DNA from: Hormiphora californensis
Taxonomy: Eukaryota; Animalia; Ctenophora
Assembly (NCBI GenBank): GCA_020137815.1
Contig: CM035352.1
Span: 7,502,001-7,566,000, forward strand
Direction: 5' to 3'
DNA: 64,000 nucleotides
Positions 21,478-35,191 of this stretch are shown piece after piece. The notes beneath the pieces are model-generated. The model did no database searches, was not told the origin of the DNA, and worked only from the letters and a program-made list of their open reading frames with translations. Position 1 is the stretch's first letter; the number at the start of each line of letters is the position of its first letter. A program made the translations under genes and the position numbers.

Positions 21478-22339
21478 TCTGCACCGAACCGATCTGAGTG
21501 GTCAAAACGGGGCTTGGAGACGACAAACTGCCCCCCTGATTTGACAGTGGGCTCATGTGAGGACGGCGCCGCCAGACAGCTCCCGGCCGGTTCCATGCTG
21601 GTACAATGAAAGCCCCGTTCTGTAAACCGTGCGTGCGCGCACCCCCGCGCGAAGTTCAGTGTGCTTTGTACTTTCCCCAGACAATTGTTGCTAGTCGTGT
21701 TGCTCCATTTTGCATGGAGATGAAATAAGGGCAACCGCCAAATCCACACCAATTTAAAACAAAGTCAAACAATATTTCTGTCACAGACAAAAGCGGAATG
21801 AATTTCAACGTCAAGAACCTCTCTCTCTTTCTCCCTCTCTCGTATCATCATATTTTGATATATCACTTGTTAATAAAGTGAGAGTGGACAAACAATTTTG
21901 GCAGATAACAGAGCTGCTGAGCGATAAACGATTTGATAAACTAGACACCAGACACAGACACTAATTGGACAGCATCGTAGTTTTTAGCTCGCCTCATTTT
22001 ACTTTATCTCCCTTGTTGGTTAGTTTTAACAATACTAAAATGCCAAAACCTAATCAAGGTGTCCAGTGTCCACCCTTACTTTAAATGTCCCCTTAAAAAG
22101 TTTTAAAAACGCCAGACCAAAAAAATTGGGGTGTAGGAAAACAAAAAATTTCTCAGCGAAAAAATTAGAAGCTCGACACAATTGATTGCTTCTCTCCATT
22201 TTTAGAGAGATTCAATATGGACAAATTCCGCAGTTTAAAAAAGGCCAAATAATTTAGGGGTATACAAAAGCTAACACCTATATCTCACACACCTAACTTT
22301 CTCTCCCAGTTTTTGTGTATCTCCCTCTAGTCTCTCTCT

Positions 22340-25300
22340 CTAAAAGGTAAATCCGCCAGGTGGCTGCGAGATATCAGGATTAAAATTAAACTGGGTCCCG
22401 GACACCTGGGGCACAAGTGATTGGTCTGTGTCATCTTCACCAAAGTATTTCTCAACGATATCGTATGCCTTTTTGTAGATCTCCTGGTTTTCGTGATTCT
22501 GTAGATACTCGATCTTTTCCACGCCTGGTAGATTGGGTAATGGGTTAGCGGAAACAAATTAATAGTGAAAATAACGGTAGTCATGGTATAATTAATGGGT
22601 TAGATTAGCCCAATTAAGAATGACGGCACTCACCGAAGCACTCCTCGATTGCAATGGCATAAGGGTTGGCGGAGTATTCAGGATTGTTTCTGTATTCATC
22701 CTGACCAACTCTGAGAATGTTATCTAGTGCGTCCAGGGCCACATGGATTATCTTGGTGTCACTGATATTTAGTAGGTCACACAGGGGTTTGATACAATTC
22801 TGTTCCACGAGGTATCTGGGAGGGCGGAACATAGTGAGGGAGGGGGAGGGAGGTATCTGGGAGGTGAGAACGGGGGGTTAGAGAGAAAGAGAGGGTGTAT
22901 CTGGGAGGTGAAAAACAGAGTGAGGGAGGGGTTGTTTTCTGAGAGATGATAACGAGGGTTGGGGGCACTGCTGCAGTAAAAAATGGAGGGGGGGTTAATG
23001 TTATAAAGTCTAAATTCTAAATTCAGCCCTACTTGATGTGTTCGGGTGCGCCTCCACTTGTCGCATTACTGATTGCCCACGCTGCTTCTTTCCTTGTCTT
23101 GAACTCTGCATTCTTTAGAATTTCTACCAAGCTTGGGATTATCTTAGCTTGAATGACTGACTGCAGAGAGAGGGGGAGGGGTAAATTAATGATATATCAT
23201 GATGGGACTCATCTCCACTGATTTGAGAGGTGTCAAACAAACTTTATGGCCTAATATGGTTACTAAACAAGTTCCCTTGAATCTTGATAAAGCTACAGAC
23301 ATCTTGATAAAGCTTCCTCTGTCAACTTGTCTACCACCTCACAGCATGATGAGAATGGTAGACAACTTGGTTACGAAATAACCCCTCGAATGATGCAAGC
23401 AACACACTGTCAACCAAGTAACACATTGAAAGATGTACCTGTATTTGGTACTTGTTTCCCGCGGTGATATTAGAGATTGTCCAGCAAGCTCTTACCTGTA
23501 TTTGGTACTTGTTTCCCGCGGTGATATTAGAGATTGTCCAGCAGGCTTCTTTTCGTATGCTCTCTTTGGTTGAACCCAGTAAATGTAGCAAACAGGGAAG
23601 GGCAGAACAGTTCAGTATCACCTAGTGGGAGGGTTGGTTACGAAGTCACCCCTATTATTGCATATAGGGGTGACAATACCGCCTACCTAAAAATGAAAAT
23701 TTACGGGACCTTCTCATAAAAAGTTATCGAAAACTTGTCTAAAACCTATCTAAAACGTATGGTACTAGTTTGTATAGTAACCAGGACCTGAATTCTACAG
23801 AAAGTAACGACCGGTAGCGATTACACCACATGTTTAACAACAGAGGTGTGTCGCATAACTCCTTATATGGGCATAAAATTCCAATCTTGTGGAATTTTTT
23901 CTGACTCGACTATAGCTTAGTTATCAATGAATCCACCTCTAATACCTTTGGAATGGCATTTTGCACATTTCTGAAGGTTTTTGTAGCCAAATTCCAGCAT
24001 CTTCATAGTTTTCCAAAAACAAAAACAGTGTTAATGGCCAAAATATCGAAAAATTCCGGTATGTAATGGTAGCTCAGACAATTTCCTCGGTATGTTCAAA
24101 AAATTAGAACTTTCTGTTTTGTAGTTTGGACGCAGGAATTTTTTTCCCGCCGTACAAGCGATATTATTACCCCTCCGTGAGCTAGCGCAGAGGGGGAATT
24201 TCATTACCAAGTGGGAGGGGAGGTTTGTATAATCACCTGTTGAGAGGAGAGGAGGTTGTATAAAGTGAGGTTGGGAGAGAGTTGGAAATATGAAGTGGAA
24301 TAAAAAGTACAGACTAGGTGCTCTCTGTCTTGTCTGTCACTGTATCTGTCTCTGTCTGTTACTGTCTCTGTCTATGTCTTTGTCTGTCTCTGTCACTGTC
24401 TCTCTGTCTCTGTCTCTGTCTCTGTCTCTGTCTCTGTCTGTCACTCTCTGTCTCTGTCTGTCACTGTCTCTGTCTGTCTCTCTATCTCTATCTCTATCTC
24501 TATCTCTATCTCTATCTCTTTCACTTCTCCCTCTCACCTGAGTTTGAACATCATCCCCGGTACAAATTGACCCCACTGTCCGAAGGGCGGGTGTGACAAT
24601 TTTATACTGAGGAGAGACGAGCAGCTCCACTAATCTTCTACACACTCCGACATCTATCACAGCTTGAATCTTCTCATTCGGACCGTCACTGTATGGAAAG
24701 AGAGAGAGAGAGAGTGAAAGGGAGAGAGAGAGATTACGAAGAGAGAGAGACGAGGATGGAGAGATATAGAGAGAGAGAGGTGAGAGGAGAGAGATGACCG
24801 AGAGAGGACCAGATGAGAGAGATTGAGAGACGAGAGACGAGGACGAGCGGAGAGATGAGAGAGAGAGAGGACGAGAGAGAGACTGTAGAGACGAGAGAGA
24901 GAGAGAGAGAGAAGAGACGAGAGAGAGGAGAGAGGAGCGAGAGAGGCGAGATCGAGAGCGAGGAGAGAGAGAGAGAGAGAAGAGCGCCAAAGAGGTATGA
25001 GAGTACACACATCTCTCTCCTCTCACTGAGAGAGTGTTTTAGAAAGGCAGTGATAGAGGACCGTGTGTAAATAAAGATAAACAGTATAATGATCTGCTAA
25101 ATCTAAAGTCAACGGCAAACACAGTTGGCGTACGATACCATAAATATCAGTTCAGCACTGTATGGATCTCTCCTTTCCGCGCCCTACGTCAAGGCAGGGA
25201 GTACTAAACTAATGTATCGCTCTCACTTTTCTCAAAGGGGATAAAAGTGAGGAGACATACTTTTACTAAAAACCTTGTTAGAGGGGATCATATCAGTATT

Positions 25301-28300
25301 CCCTTGGGACCATATATCAGAGAGAAAGGAAGATTGAGATATTTTTTTGAAACTGAGCAACGTCCTTGCTGGCTGCTCTTCGATATTATCGCACTGCACC
25401 GGTGTTATTGTCGGAAAAAATGGAGAAATAAAAAGTTCCATACATACGGGATTTTGATTTTGGACCTTAACACTTCTCACCCATCAATGTAGTTGTTGTT
25501 GAAAATACCGTGTGCGGCAAAAAAAAGGCCCCCCCTAGACCATAGTTGCCCCCCCTAGACCACCATAGTTGCCGATGTGGTGGAGAGCTGTAACTTGGCA
25601 GGGTTGCTCCACTATGTCTATCTTGATCCTGACAGAAAAATCAGAGCTCTAGCTCAAAATTCATTTTCATGAACGGAATGAACTTCTCCGTTCCTTCGAT
25701 ATGAGACCCCCTCATCATTCAGAATTTTTTGCCCGTCTTTGGCTAACGATTATCTTTGTAATGAGACCAATTTGAGCATAATCTGATTACCAGGAGAGAC
25801 ACAGTGGAGGGTTTTCCGACCGTCACTCCTGACATGTGATCCAGGCCCGGTCACGTGGTGAAAAGAGGGTTTGGGGTGCTGTTAAGGGTACGCTAACCAA
25901 AAATTTTTTTCGAGTGCAGGGAAATCTCTCACCGTAGGGTTGTAGGCCATGCCAAGGAGACCTCAAATATGCAATTTGAGCTCTCAAGTCGAATTCATAT
26001 TTTTGCTACAGCTGCTTGAAAAATGAACTGAAAATAAGTTTTTGGCATCTCAAAAAAATTTTTTCAAAGATAGGAGCATGAAAATTTGGGGATTTGAAGA
26101 GGACATGAAGGTAAATAACCACAAAAATTTTTTTTGCAATCCGAGCTGATTTCCGGTCCTGAGATGGATTTCTTTTTTTCCACTTTAACGCCCTATTTGG
26201 CAAAGTTCCGAAAACATGTGAAAGCTGTAAATTGGTGAAAAGTTGCGTCTAACGATTATCTAAGTGGCCATAAATTTTGGGCGTGTCCTTATTTGAGATA
26301 AGCTGTACAGAGTTTTTTTTGTGAAAGCCGTCATTTCAGAAATAAATAAATTCCCTGTATCTCAAAAACGGCTGATCGTAGAGACCTGAGACTATGCTTA
26401 AACGATTCAGAAGGTCCGATTTTGGGGGGGTCTTCTGAGAGACATTTTGCTCCTACTTCAACCGTTTTTGCTGTAATTGCGAAAAACAAATTCTATGAAA
26501 AGGGCAAAAGCTAAACTCCAATATCCTGTAATTAGGGAATTTTAGCTAAGAAAGGACCGAAACTATGGAAAAATGTTTAACAAGCTAATTCCTTCACTAT
26601 TTGGTCCATATGGGTCCCTATAATCATCAAAAACAAAATCACAAAAAATCCACGATGGCGAAGATGGGTTATTGTTTTTCGCAATTACAGCAAAAACGGT
26701 TGAAGTAGGAGCAAAATGTCTCTCAGAAGACCCCCCCAAAATCGGACCTTCTGAATCGTTTAAGCATAGTCTCAGGTCTCTACGATCAGCCGTTTTTGAG
26801 ATACAGGGAATTTATTTATTTCTGAAATGACGGCTTTCACAAAAAAAACTCTGTACAGCTTATCTCAAATAAGGACACGCCCAAAATTTATGGCCACTTA
26901 GATAATCGTTAGACGCAACTTTTCACCAATTTACAGCTTTCACATGTTTTCGGAACTTTGCCAAATAGGGCGTTAAAGTGGAAAAAAAGAAATCCATCTC
27001 AGGACCGGAAATCAGCTCGGATTGCAAAAAAATTTTTTGTGGTTATTTACCTTCATGTCCTCTTCAAATCCCCAAATTTTCATGCTCCTATCTTTGAAAA
27101 AAATTTTTTGAGATGCCAAAAACTTATTTTCAGTTCATTTTTCAAGCAGCTGTAGCAAAAATATGAATTCGACTTGAGAGCTCAAATTGCATATTTGAGG
27201 TCTCCTTGGCATGGCCTACAACCCTACGGTGAGAGATTTCCCTGCACTCGAAAAAATTTTTGGTTAGCGTACCCTTAACATGTCTCAATAACGGATTATT
27301 GCTCTCATATCCCTTGAATATCCCTCCACAATGCTCTCAAGTCACTTTGTGATGCTGATTGATTGGGTTCATGTCACCAGTTCTTGTCAAAGTTCTCAAG
27401 CGGCCCGTGATACGAGATCATTTCATCAAGGAGGGGCCATCTTGTGTCACTAATCAGCCTATCATCTCACATTACACTAGCCAAGGGATATGGGGTATTT
27501 AAATCTTCAAATGTTCATCAAAATCATTCCCAATCGTTACTTGCAATGCATTTTACACCCGAACAGAGGAACTTCATCTGGCTCAAGAAGGAAACCAACA
27601 CCCTCTACCCCACCATCGAACAGGAGTTCTTTATCAAGTTTGGCCGCCATGCCCCATCCAAGAAGTCCTGGGAATGATTTTGACATTTGAAGATTTAAAT
27701 ACCCCATAACCCTTGGCTAGTGTAATGTGAGATGATAGGCTGATTAGTGACACAAGATGGCCCCTCCTTGATGAAATGATCTCGTATCACGGGCCGCTTG
27801 AGAACTTTGACAAGAACTGGTGACATGAACCCAATCAATCAGCATCACAAAGTGACTTGAGAGCATTGTGGAGGGATATTCAAGGGATATGAGAGCAATA
27901 ATCCGTTATTGAGACATGTTAACAGCACCCCAAACCCTCTTTTCACCACGTGACCGGGCCTGGATCACATGTCAGGAGTGACGGTCGGAAAACCCTCCAC
28001 TGTGTCTCTCCTGGTAATCAGATTATGCTCAAATTGGTCTCATTACAAAGATAATCGTTAGCCAAAGACGGGCAAAAAATTCTGAATGATGAGGGGGTCT
28101 CATATCGAAGGAACGGAGAAGTTCATTCCGTTCATGAAAATGAATTTTGAGCTAGAGCTCTGATTTTTCTGTCAGGATCAAGATAGACATAGTGGAGCAA
28201 CCCTGCCAAGTTACAGCTCTCCACCACATCGGCAACTATGGTGGTCTAGGGGGGGCCTTTTTTTTGCCGCACACGGTATGTAGCATGTTAATGTATGTAC

Positions 28301-28332
28301 ATGTACTAACTTACACCTGATTTGTAACAGTT

Positions 28333-28387
<55 letters not shown>

Positions 28388-28592
28388 TCTCCCAAACAAG
28401 TAATGCACAGTAGCGTTTCAAAGGTGCCCCAAATGAATCTACTTATAAACTATAGAGACTCACTTTGTTTGAGACATGCTCATACGATCTACGACAAGAC
28501 GCCAATTTGCTGTAACAGTTAACCATATTTTCGTTTTCTCAGTGCAGTGCTAGGTGAAAGAGTAAGAGAGTGATGGAGAGATAGTCCAGGGT

Positions 28593-28628
<36 letters not shown>

Positions 28629-29585
28629 AGAGAGAGAGAGGGAGAGAGAGAATGAGATGTCGACGTGTGTAAGAAGTACGTGTGTCACGTCTCCAGCTGT
28701 AGAGACCTATAACTCGTACGAGCTCGCTCTGTTCTACTCGTTCGCGGTAAGAGATAGAGAGAGGGGAAACTCAAGCACCCCAGCAAAGGAAGACACAGTG
28801 TACAATAATGCCGTGAAACAACGAAATGTTTTGCCGAATTCACGGCTTGGGACAATAAACCACTTTAATCAGGAAGCCGGATAGTAAGTCTCCGGTGTCC
28901 AAAAACTACTGTAGGTATTGGACACCCGAGACCATATTATCCGGCTTCCGGGTGGGGGTGTTAAAGCACGTATAAAACGTACAAGAAATAGAGAGAAGGA
29001 GAGAGAGAGAAGGAGAGAGAAGGAGAGAGAGAAGGAGGGAGAAAGAGCAACCATTTCAAATCAGATATAAGTACATGGAATATCATCAACTGACACCCGG
29101 CGGGCAAGTGGCCGAGTAGTCAGGTTTATGGCTTAGACGCTTTTATGTCCCAAATCCAAGTACCGTATGTAAATTTTGTCTTTTTTAAATTTTAATATTT
29201 CGACAATATAGCACCAGTGCAGTGCGACCTCTTTAAGAGTACTCCTCTTTAAGGGTAAACCTAGCGTTTTTAAACATCGTTTGCCCAACCAAATGACTTC
29301 ATAAATATTCACAAGAGTTTAGCACATATAAAATGGACCTTGTAAATATGGCAAGGATAGCCTTAAACTCCCTGGCTTGTGACAATAATTCCTGTAATCA
29401 GGGCGGAAGATCCCATATAGGAAGCCCACAGTAATGTAGCCTTTGTGGGTATAAAAATCTTTCTAATGTCTCTATCACTCTCTATTCTCTCGACTCGTAT
29501 CTTCAAGCTCTATCTCCTCGCGACCGCATAGATACTCTGATATAGCGGCTGATATATCTTATCTCTATCTCTCTATAGCCTCGCT

Positions 29586-29672
<87 letters not shown>

Positions 29673-31614
29673 CCCGCTTCATTCTCTCAATCCCTCACAA
29701 TTAGAGGGAAAGATGGAGAGGGAGAGAGAAATGGAGAGAGAGAGAGAGAAATTTGAGATCACTACACAGTGTCTGTGAAACCGGGGAGAAACCAAAGGGA
29801 GAGAGAGAGAGCCCCCCCCCCCCCCCCCGCGCCGCGACGCAATTGGAGAGCACTAAAATTGTCCCCTTTCTGAGTTACGCCAACTGTGTTTGCCGTTGAG
29901 ATTAGTCACTAATTGCACAAATATACATCCCGTGTACACCTACTCTAATAACAACAATAATAAGCAACACTACCTCAACTGACGTACCAAACAAACCAAC
30001 ACCAGAGAGGGGGAGGGCAAATGAAAATTGAAGAGGGTTGGGTACTCGGGTACAAACTAAAAACCGATGACAGAAGTTGCACTCACCCACACCAGCCTTA
30101 GATTACCCCAGCCTTATATTACACACACAAATCAGCACATAATATGCGACTAACATCATCATATTACAACTGCATACATCATCAGGTATTTAATTTATGA
30201 TAGGTGGCTCCACCTTTGCCATCTTTTACCTGAGATAGGAGAGAGCCCAACAAGTGTCTGTTAGAATCTCGTCATCGTTGTTGTATAGCAGTCTGGCCAA
30301 CACTGGTAAACACGCAGATACCTGAAGATGGGGGTCTCATCTGGTGTCTAGAGACTGGGGTGGGGGGGGTCTGTCTCTATAAACTAGATATCATCCAGAA
30401 GAAGATCCAGTTGATAATATCCTGATTCCTAACTTACCTTGGCGAAGTTTGGCATGGGATTCTTTCCCCTGCACAAATTAGACATTGTCCAGGTAGCATT
30501 CCGCAACATGGACAACTTGTTGGCAGTTTTCAGGATATTGAGTAGAGGCATGACAATCCCAGAATCAATGACAATATCCCTACACTCCGGGTTATCCCCA
30601 GCAATATTACCCAGAGCCCAGATAGCCTGCTCTTTCACATCTTCAAAAGGTGATTCAAGGAGTTTTATAAAAATGGGAACAGCCCCACATTCAATGACTG
30701 TCCTGGTCTGGTGGGAACTCCCTGATGCTATATTTGTAAGTGCCCAGGCTGCTTCAAACTGGAGTGTCATGTTGTCTTCTCGCATCAGGAATTCTTTGAG
30801 GATCGGAACTATACCCGTCTGGATTACCTCCTCTATAGGTGGACTCTTTTCTGCAGGAGGGGGGGGGGGGTAAATAGAGAGGGGGAGTTAACATACAGCT
30901 AGTCACAGTTAACAGGGGGGTAGGAAGGGGTTGTTAACAGGAGTTGCTGACCACTGTCATGTTAGGGAACAGTACAAAGAGAGTGACAAAAAAGAGAGGT
31001 GTGGTTTATCGGAGGCAGTGGTAGTACCAGTTCAAATTCAAAAACATGCCTATACACACACCAGCCACAACTCATTGCTGTACAACATAATGCGATCTAA
31101 ATATATCCAGTATATAATGAACACAATACTGATTCGTTCATAGGGCATAGTATCAACTGAAAAACACCTCATACCTTTGCTGAGAATTTTACGAAACTTG
31201 GTAGTAGCTACTAGTTGTAATCCGGTATCATTACTAGTTATCTGTTCTACCATCTCGGTAAAATCCTGCAATAATGAAGATCAGCACTACTAGAGAACGA
31301 AAACAACGATTTATAAAAATTCAATCTTTAATCTTCTTGAAGATTGAAGATTTAAAAATTCAAATAAGATTATATGTCAGGAGTCGTAGATCAACAATAC
31401 CCTGTTCAATTGAAGATCGACATATTCTTACCAGGGTAGTTGTGGCTGGAGTACCGCGTTTCTCAGGCGATTCCCCGAGGAGACGTCGTTTCTGTAGCAT
31501 TTCATTTCGCTTATTTTTCCGCAACTGAACCCCCTCCTCTTCCCTTCTCTTCCTCAGTTCGTCTGCTGTGTTTCCCTTGTTCTTGTAACTACCAAACCTT
31601 CCACTCTCCATCAT
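22340..31614 (-). CDS. KPNA: Importin subunit alpha (alpha1/SRP1-like clade), about 9 exons
   Basis: IBB domain [36 protein letters not shown] repeats [57 protein letters not shown]-terminus PPGGFTF*. Exons approximately 31614-31430, 31268-31175, 30851-30439, 30321-30230, 24688-24538, 23621-23496, 23160-23032, 22815-22633, 22524-22340. Confidence 0.95.
23634..24210 (-). mobile_element. 577-bp TTGG...CCAA family element, intronic copy
   Basis: 9-bp TSD gtgggaggg at 23625-23633 and 24211-24219. Reverse complement of the element at 3699-5088 without its nested insert. Confidence 0.95.
25508..28276. mobile_element. Long-TIR foldback Tc1/mariner-type element with TA TSD
   Basis: TA-ccgtgtgcggcaaaaaaaagg ... 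cctttttttgccgcacacgg-TA. Arms of about 600 bp (25508-25885 + 27279-27510 versus 27680-28276). The central loop holds a transposase-like N-terminal remnant at 27546-27677. Confidence 0.9.
25886..27274. mobile_element. Nested TTAA-TSD foldback element with GGG termini (Kolobok-like)
   Basis: TTAA-gggtacgctaacc ... ggttagcgtaccc-TTAA. About 600-bp inverted arms (25886-26489 and 26672-27274). The empty gttaac site is present in the host's opposite arm near 27918. Confidence 0.9.
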
Positions 31615-32004
31615 GACTAAATAATGTAAATCATATATCAAAACAAGGACTTTAGAAATCGGCCAAGCCCCACAATAAAAGGGTTTGAACAAATCAAATA
31701 CTGCCCTCATCAGTCCTCAATTTTAAAGTCACTTTTTCTAAGCCGTTAGGATCGGGGTGTTTAAAGGCCTATTTACAGGAGCACACTCAACACTGCCAAA
31801 CATATAAACTACACAATCCACTAGGGACCTCAGGGGTGAAACGGTGCAGAGCAGCCACTAGACACGGTGAGGTGTGAATCAAGTCATCACATGGACCCTG
31901 TGTGGGTTGTGCAGAAAAATAACTTAATCAAACGCCTACACACTAAAAAATTGATAATTAATATAAAAAGAGTCTCTCATCTCTAATGACATATCAAAGG
32001 TAAG

Positions 32005-32735
32005 TCCTAACCAGTAACCCTAATGGCATTTTAGCCCTAATCTTAAAAACTGTGAGTGCTGACACTCAAAATCCCTTTTTTATCTGAAAAACAGGGCGCT
32101 GTTACTATCTGGGTGTATAGAGGCATGTTTAGGTGCCCGCTCCCAAAAAAGTACCCTGCACTAAAACAGCTCTAACCGTCAAACCTTTTTGCAAAAGCCG
32201 GGGTACCGGTCCAATTAGTAAAATAGATATAGAAATCAAGATTATCTGTACATAAAATGGATATAATAAATTAATTCGAATTGTTTTTAATCATCTAACC
32301 GTCAAACCACTCAACCGTTTTGGCTAATCTAAAGTTTATCTGATAGGAAACTTCAAGCCCTAACCCCAACCCCAACCCTAACCCTAACCCTGACCCTATT
32401 TTAGCCCTGATCCTAAAAACCGTGAGTGCTAGCACTCCAAACACACAGATTTCAACGTTGGCCGAAAAAAGACACAGATTTTTGGGCGCCGTTACGATCT
32501 GGGTGTTTGGAGGCCTGTTTAAAGGTGCGCGCTGCCAAAAAAGTTGATTCACTAAAATGGCTCTAACCGCCAAACCACTCAACCGTTTTGGCTGATTCAA
32601 AGTCTATATGGTAGGGAATGTCAAGGCCTAACCCCAACCCAAACCCCAACCCTAACCCTAACCCTACTTTAGCCCTAACCCTAAAAAACCGTTTGTCAGC
32701 ACTTCCAAAACACCCAGATTTTAACACTGGCCCAG
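32005..32735. repeat. Degenerate tandem units of about 280-330 bp containing (CCCTAA)-like hexamers
   Basis: ccctaaccc runs and the blocks ttagccct..cctaaaaac.gtgagtgct and ctctaaccgtcaaacc recur 2-3 times. Confidence 0.65.
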
Positions 32736-32779
32736 ATTTGGCAAACGTTGCTGGCCCCCGATAGCAGCGCGGGATAAGG

Positions 32780-32851
32780 TTGGCCTATGCTACAGGCCCT
32801 AAATAAAAGCCGTGGAAAACGCGCGCACTTGGGGTCTGCAGCGCATGCCAA
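32780..32851. mobile_element. 72-bp TTGG...CCAA family element
   Basis: TSD gggataagg at 32771-32779 and 32852-32860. Confidence 0.85.
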
Positions 32852-33055
32852 GGGATAAGGCAGCGCTTTTCAAGGCCCAGATTTTTGCCTGCCTGAAAAT
32901 GCGATTGAATTGCGAACAGGAGCCGCGCGGTGATACAGCAGCGGAACCGAAAAAAAACTCGCGCGTGCGAGATAAGGCAGCGCTTAAGCGCGCTTCTTTC
33001 ACATTGCATTGCAAAAAATCCGCTTCAAAAATTTTTCAGAACGGTGGAAAAGCAC

Positions 33056-33643
33056 TTGGAATGCGCTGCAGCCCCCTCATGCGCGCACCCCCGCAACGAG
33101 GGGACTGAAGGGAATGCCGCGCGCGCGTTTGGCCTGAGCTCAGGACGGGCCCGGCTAGGTCGAAGATAACTTTGCGAGCGAAAAAACGGCGGTGCTTATA
33201 ACTTTGGCCCCTGAAGTCCGTTTGACTTGATTCTTTCACTAGCTGTTAGATCTGACAATTATCTACCTTGCTGTTTTTGAGAGAAGTAAATTGGACTTCA
33301 GGAGGCTGAGCAATAACCGTTCAAAGATGGGTTGTTTTCAAAAAGTGACGTCACAGATCCCTGCAGGGACACTTTGTTTCAAATTTGAATTAAAATCTCG
33401 AATTTTTTTATTTTACCGCACTCGATTTTGCGGAGTTTGGTTCATATCTCCTGTTCCTGATAAGATAGAGACCTGAAACCGGTTGCATTTTAAAGCTGTT
33501 ATCTTCCTCTTTCCAACGCTACCAAAACGATTTCTGTACCTTATCTGGAACCGGAGATATGATTGTTTATGTATTCCCCCCCAGCGCGGTATTCCCTCCA
33601 GGCCCCTTATATTATATTATAAGGGGCCTGCAACGTATGCCAA
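33056..33643. mobile_element. 588-bp TTGG...CCAA family element
   Basis: TSD gaaaagcac at 33047-33055 and 33644-33652. Ends match the element at 6334-6504. Confidence 0.88.
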
Positions 33644-34082
33644 GAAAAGCACAAAATTTGATCAAAAACTTCGTTTTCTTTCTCTTCAACCAAAATATAC
33701 ATGCGACATGTCGCATACTATGTTAAGGGCTATGATAGCGATCGGTAAAATGTAATAGAACGCCCAGATCAGTTGAGTACGATGTATCGCTTATCGGGAA
33801 ATACAGTTAGGGGGAGAGAAATTAAAGGGGGGCCCTCGTACCCAACAGGAGTTTCGTCATTATCTTCTGGCGTCCTTTGAACTTTTATTCAGGTTACACA
33901 AATTGAAACAAGTCAGTTTTACCAAACAATTGTTTCGATCCAGTTGTTTCAATTTGTTTGCTGCTCTTGGTTCTTAATTGGATCGATTGAGCTCTCTCGT
34001 GCTGAATCGACCATTAAAATTCAGTATTAGGTTTACCTATCTACTAAATAAAATCTATTTTTTGTAGTCCAGGTCTACTACA

Positions 34083-35174
34083 ATGGATATTTGTGATGAA
34101 AGATCTTCTAAACTATTGGTTGTGGATATGTTTTACGGCGGATCGCACAAGCAACTAACTGATTTCATTTTAAACCTCCATCCTAAATCACAACTAATAT
34201 CTCTGCCATCTAAAAAGTGGCACTGGCGATGCCGCGTCGGTGCTCTACAACTCCTTTCTCAGTTGACACTATTGGAACCCAGTATTGACACAGTTTTTAT
34301 GTCTTCTGTCGGTAGCCTTCCTGAGTTGGTTGCTCTGAGTCCAGTAATAGCGAAAGCTAGGAAGATCCTCTACTTCCATGAAAACCAGCTAGCCTACCCA
34401 ATCCAGTCAGAAAAACAGCGAGATGTTCAGTATGGTTATAACCAAATCATGTCTGCTCTTGTTGCCGATACTGTACTCTTCAACTCCCACTTTAACAAGA
34501 ACTCATTTCTACAAAATATCAACCCTTTTCTCAATAAATTCCCTGACTATAAACCGAAACAGATTGCTGAAATGATCAGCCAGAAATCTTCCGTGCTCTA
34601 TTTTCCACTCAATCTACATCTTACCATTCCTCTAGCTCACGAGGTGGCCCATGTGATTTGGCCTCACCGCTGGGAACACGACAAAAACCCGGGAGAGTTT
34701 TTCAAAATTATCACTGATCTAATTGAGGAAGGGATGGAGTTGCAGGTTTCAATATTGGGGCAAGAGTTCCAGGATGTTCCACCGTGTTTTAATGATTTCA
34801 AAGACAAACATTCAGATAAAATCAAACAGTGGGGCAGATTGGAATCCCGTGAGGATTACCTCAAATTTTTACAAACGGGAACAGTTGTTGTATCAACTGC
34901 TTTACATGAGTTTTTTGGAGTGTCGATGTTGGAGGCTACTGCTGCCGGTTGTTTCCCTCTTTGTCCTAACCGTCTTGCATATCCGGAGATTTACCCGTCT
35001 GAATGCCTGTACAATACCCCTAACCAACTAACAAAACAGCTCAGACAGTTTTGTAAACATCCAGGCTTAGCAAGAAAGAAATGGGACAGAGTAGTTGAAC
35101 AAATCCAGTTTGAAAAATTTTCCCTTGAATCTTTAACTCCAAAATATAAAACAGTTTTGTGTATTAACCCGTGA
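34083..35174 (+). CDS. GTDC1: Glycosyltransferase-like domain protein 1 (queuosine-tRNA mannosyltransferase, QTMAN), intronless
   Basis: FYGGSHKQL, LPSKKWHWR, YFHENQLAYP, WPHRWEHDKNP, HEFFGVSMLEA. Confidence 0.95.
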   Translation: MDICDERSSKLLVVDMFYGGSHKQLTDFILNLHPKSQLISLPSKKWHWRCRVGALQLLSQLTLLEPSIDTVFMSSVGSLPELVALSPVIAKARKILYFHENQLAYPIQSEKQRDVQYGYNQIMSALVADTVLFNSHFNKNSFLQNINPFLNKFPDYKPKQIAEMISQKSSVLYFPLNLHLTIPLAHEVAHVIWPHRWEHDKNPGEFFKIITDLIEEGMELQVSILGQEFQDVPPCFNDFKDKHSDKIKQWGRLESREDYLKFLQTGTVVVSTALHEFFGVSMLEATAAGCFPLCPNRLAYPEIYPSECLYNTPNQLTKQLRQFCKHPGLARKKWDRVVEQIQFEKFSLESLTPKYKTVLCINP

Positions 35175-35191
35175 ACCCCCCTTTTAGGACA

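Noticed and set aside
26006-27155. Two mirror-image 65-aa ORFs
   Set aside because: They are the two arms of a foldback element with no recognisable protein motif.
28540-29900. Hidden gene in the large importin intron
   Set aside because: Degenerate microsatellite-rich, low-quality sequence with no coherent ORF or motif.
32340-32690. Telomere or chromosome fusion site
   Set aside because: Only short degenerate CCCTAA runs embedded in larger repeat units.
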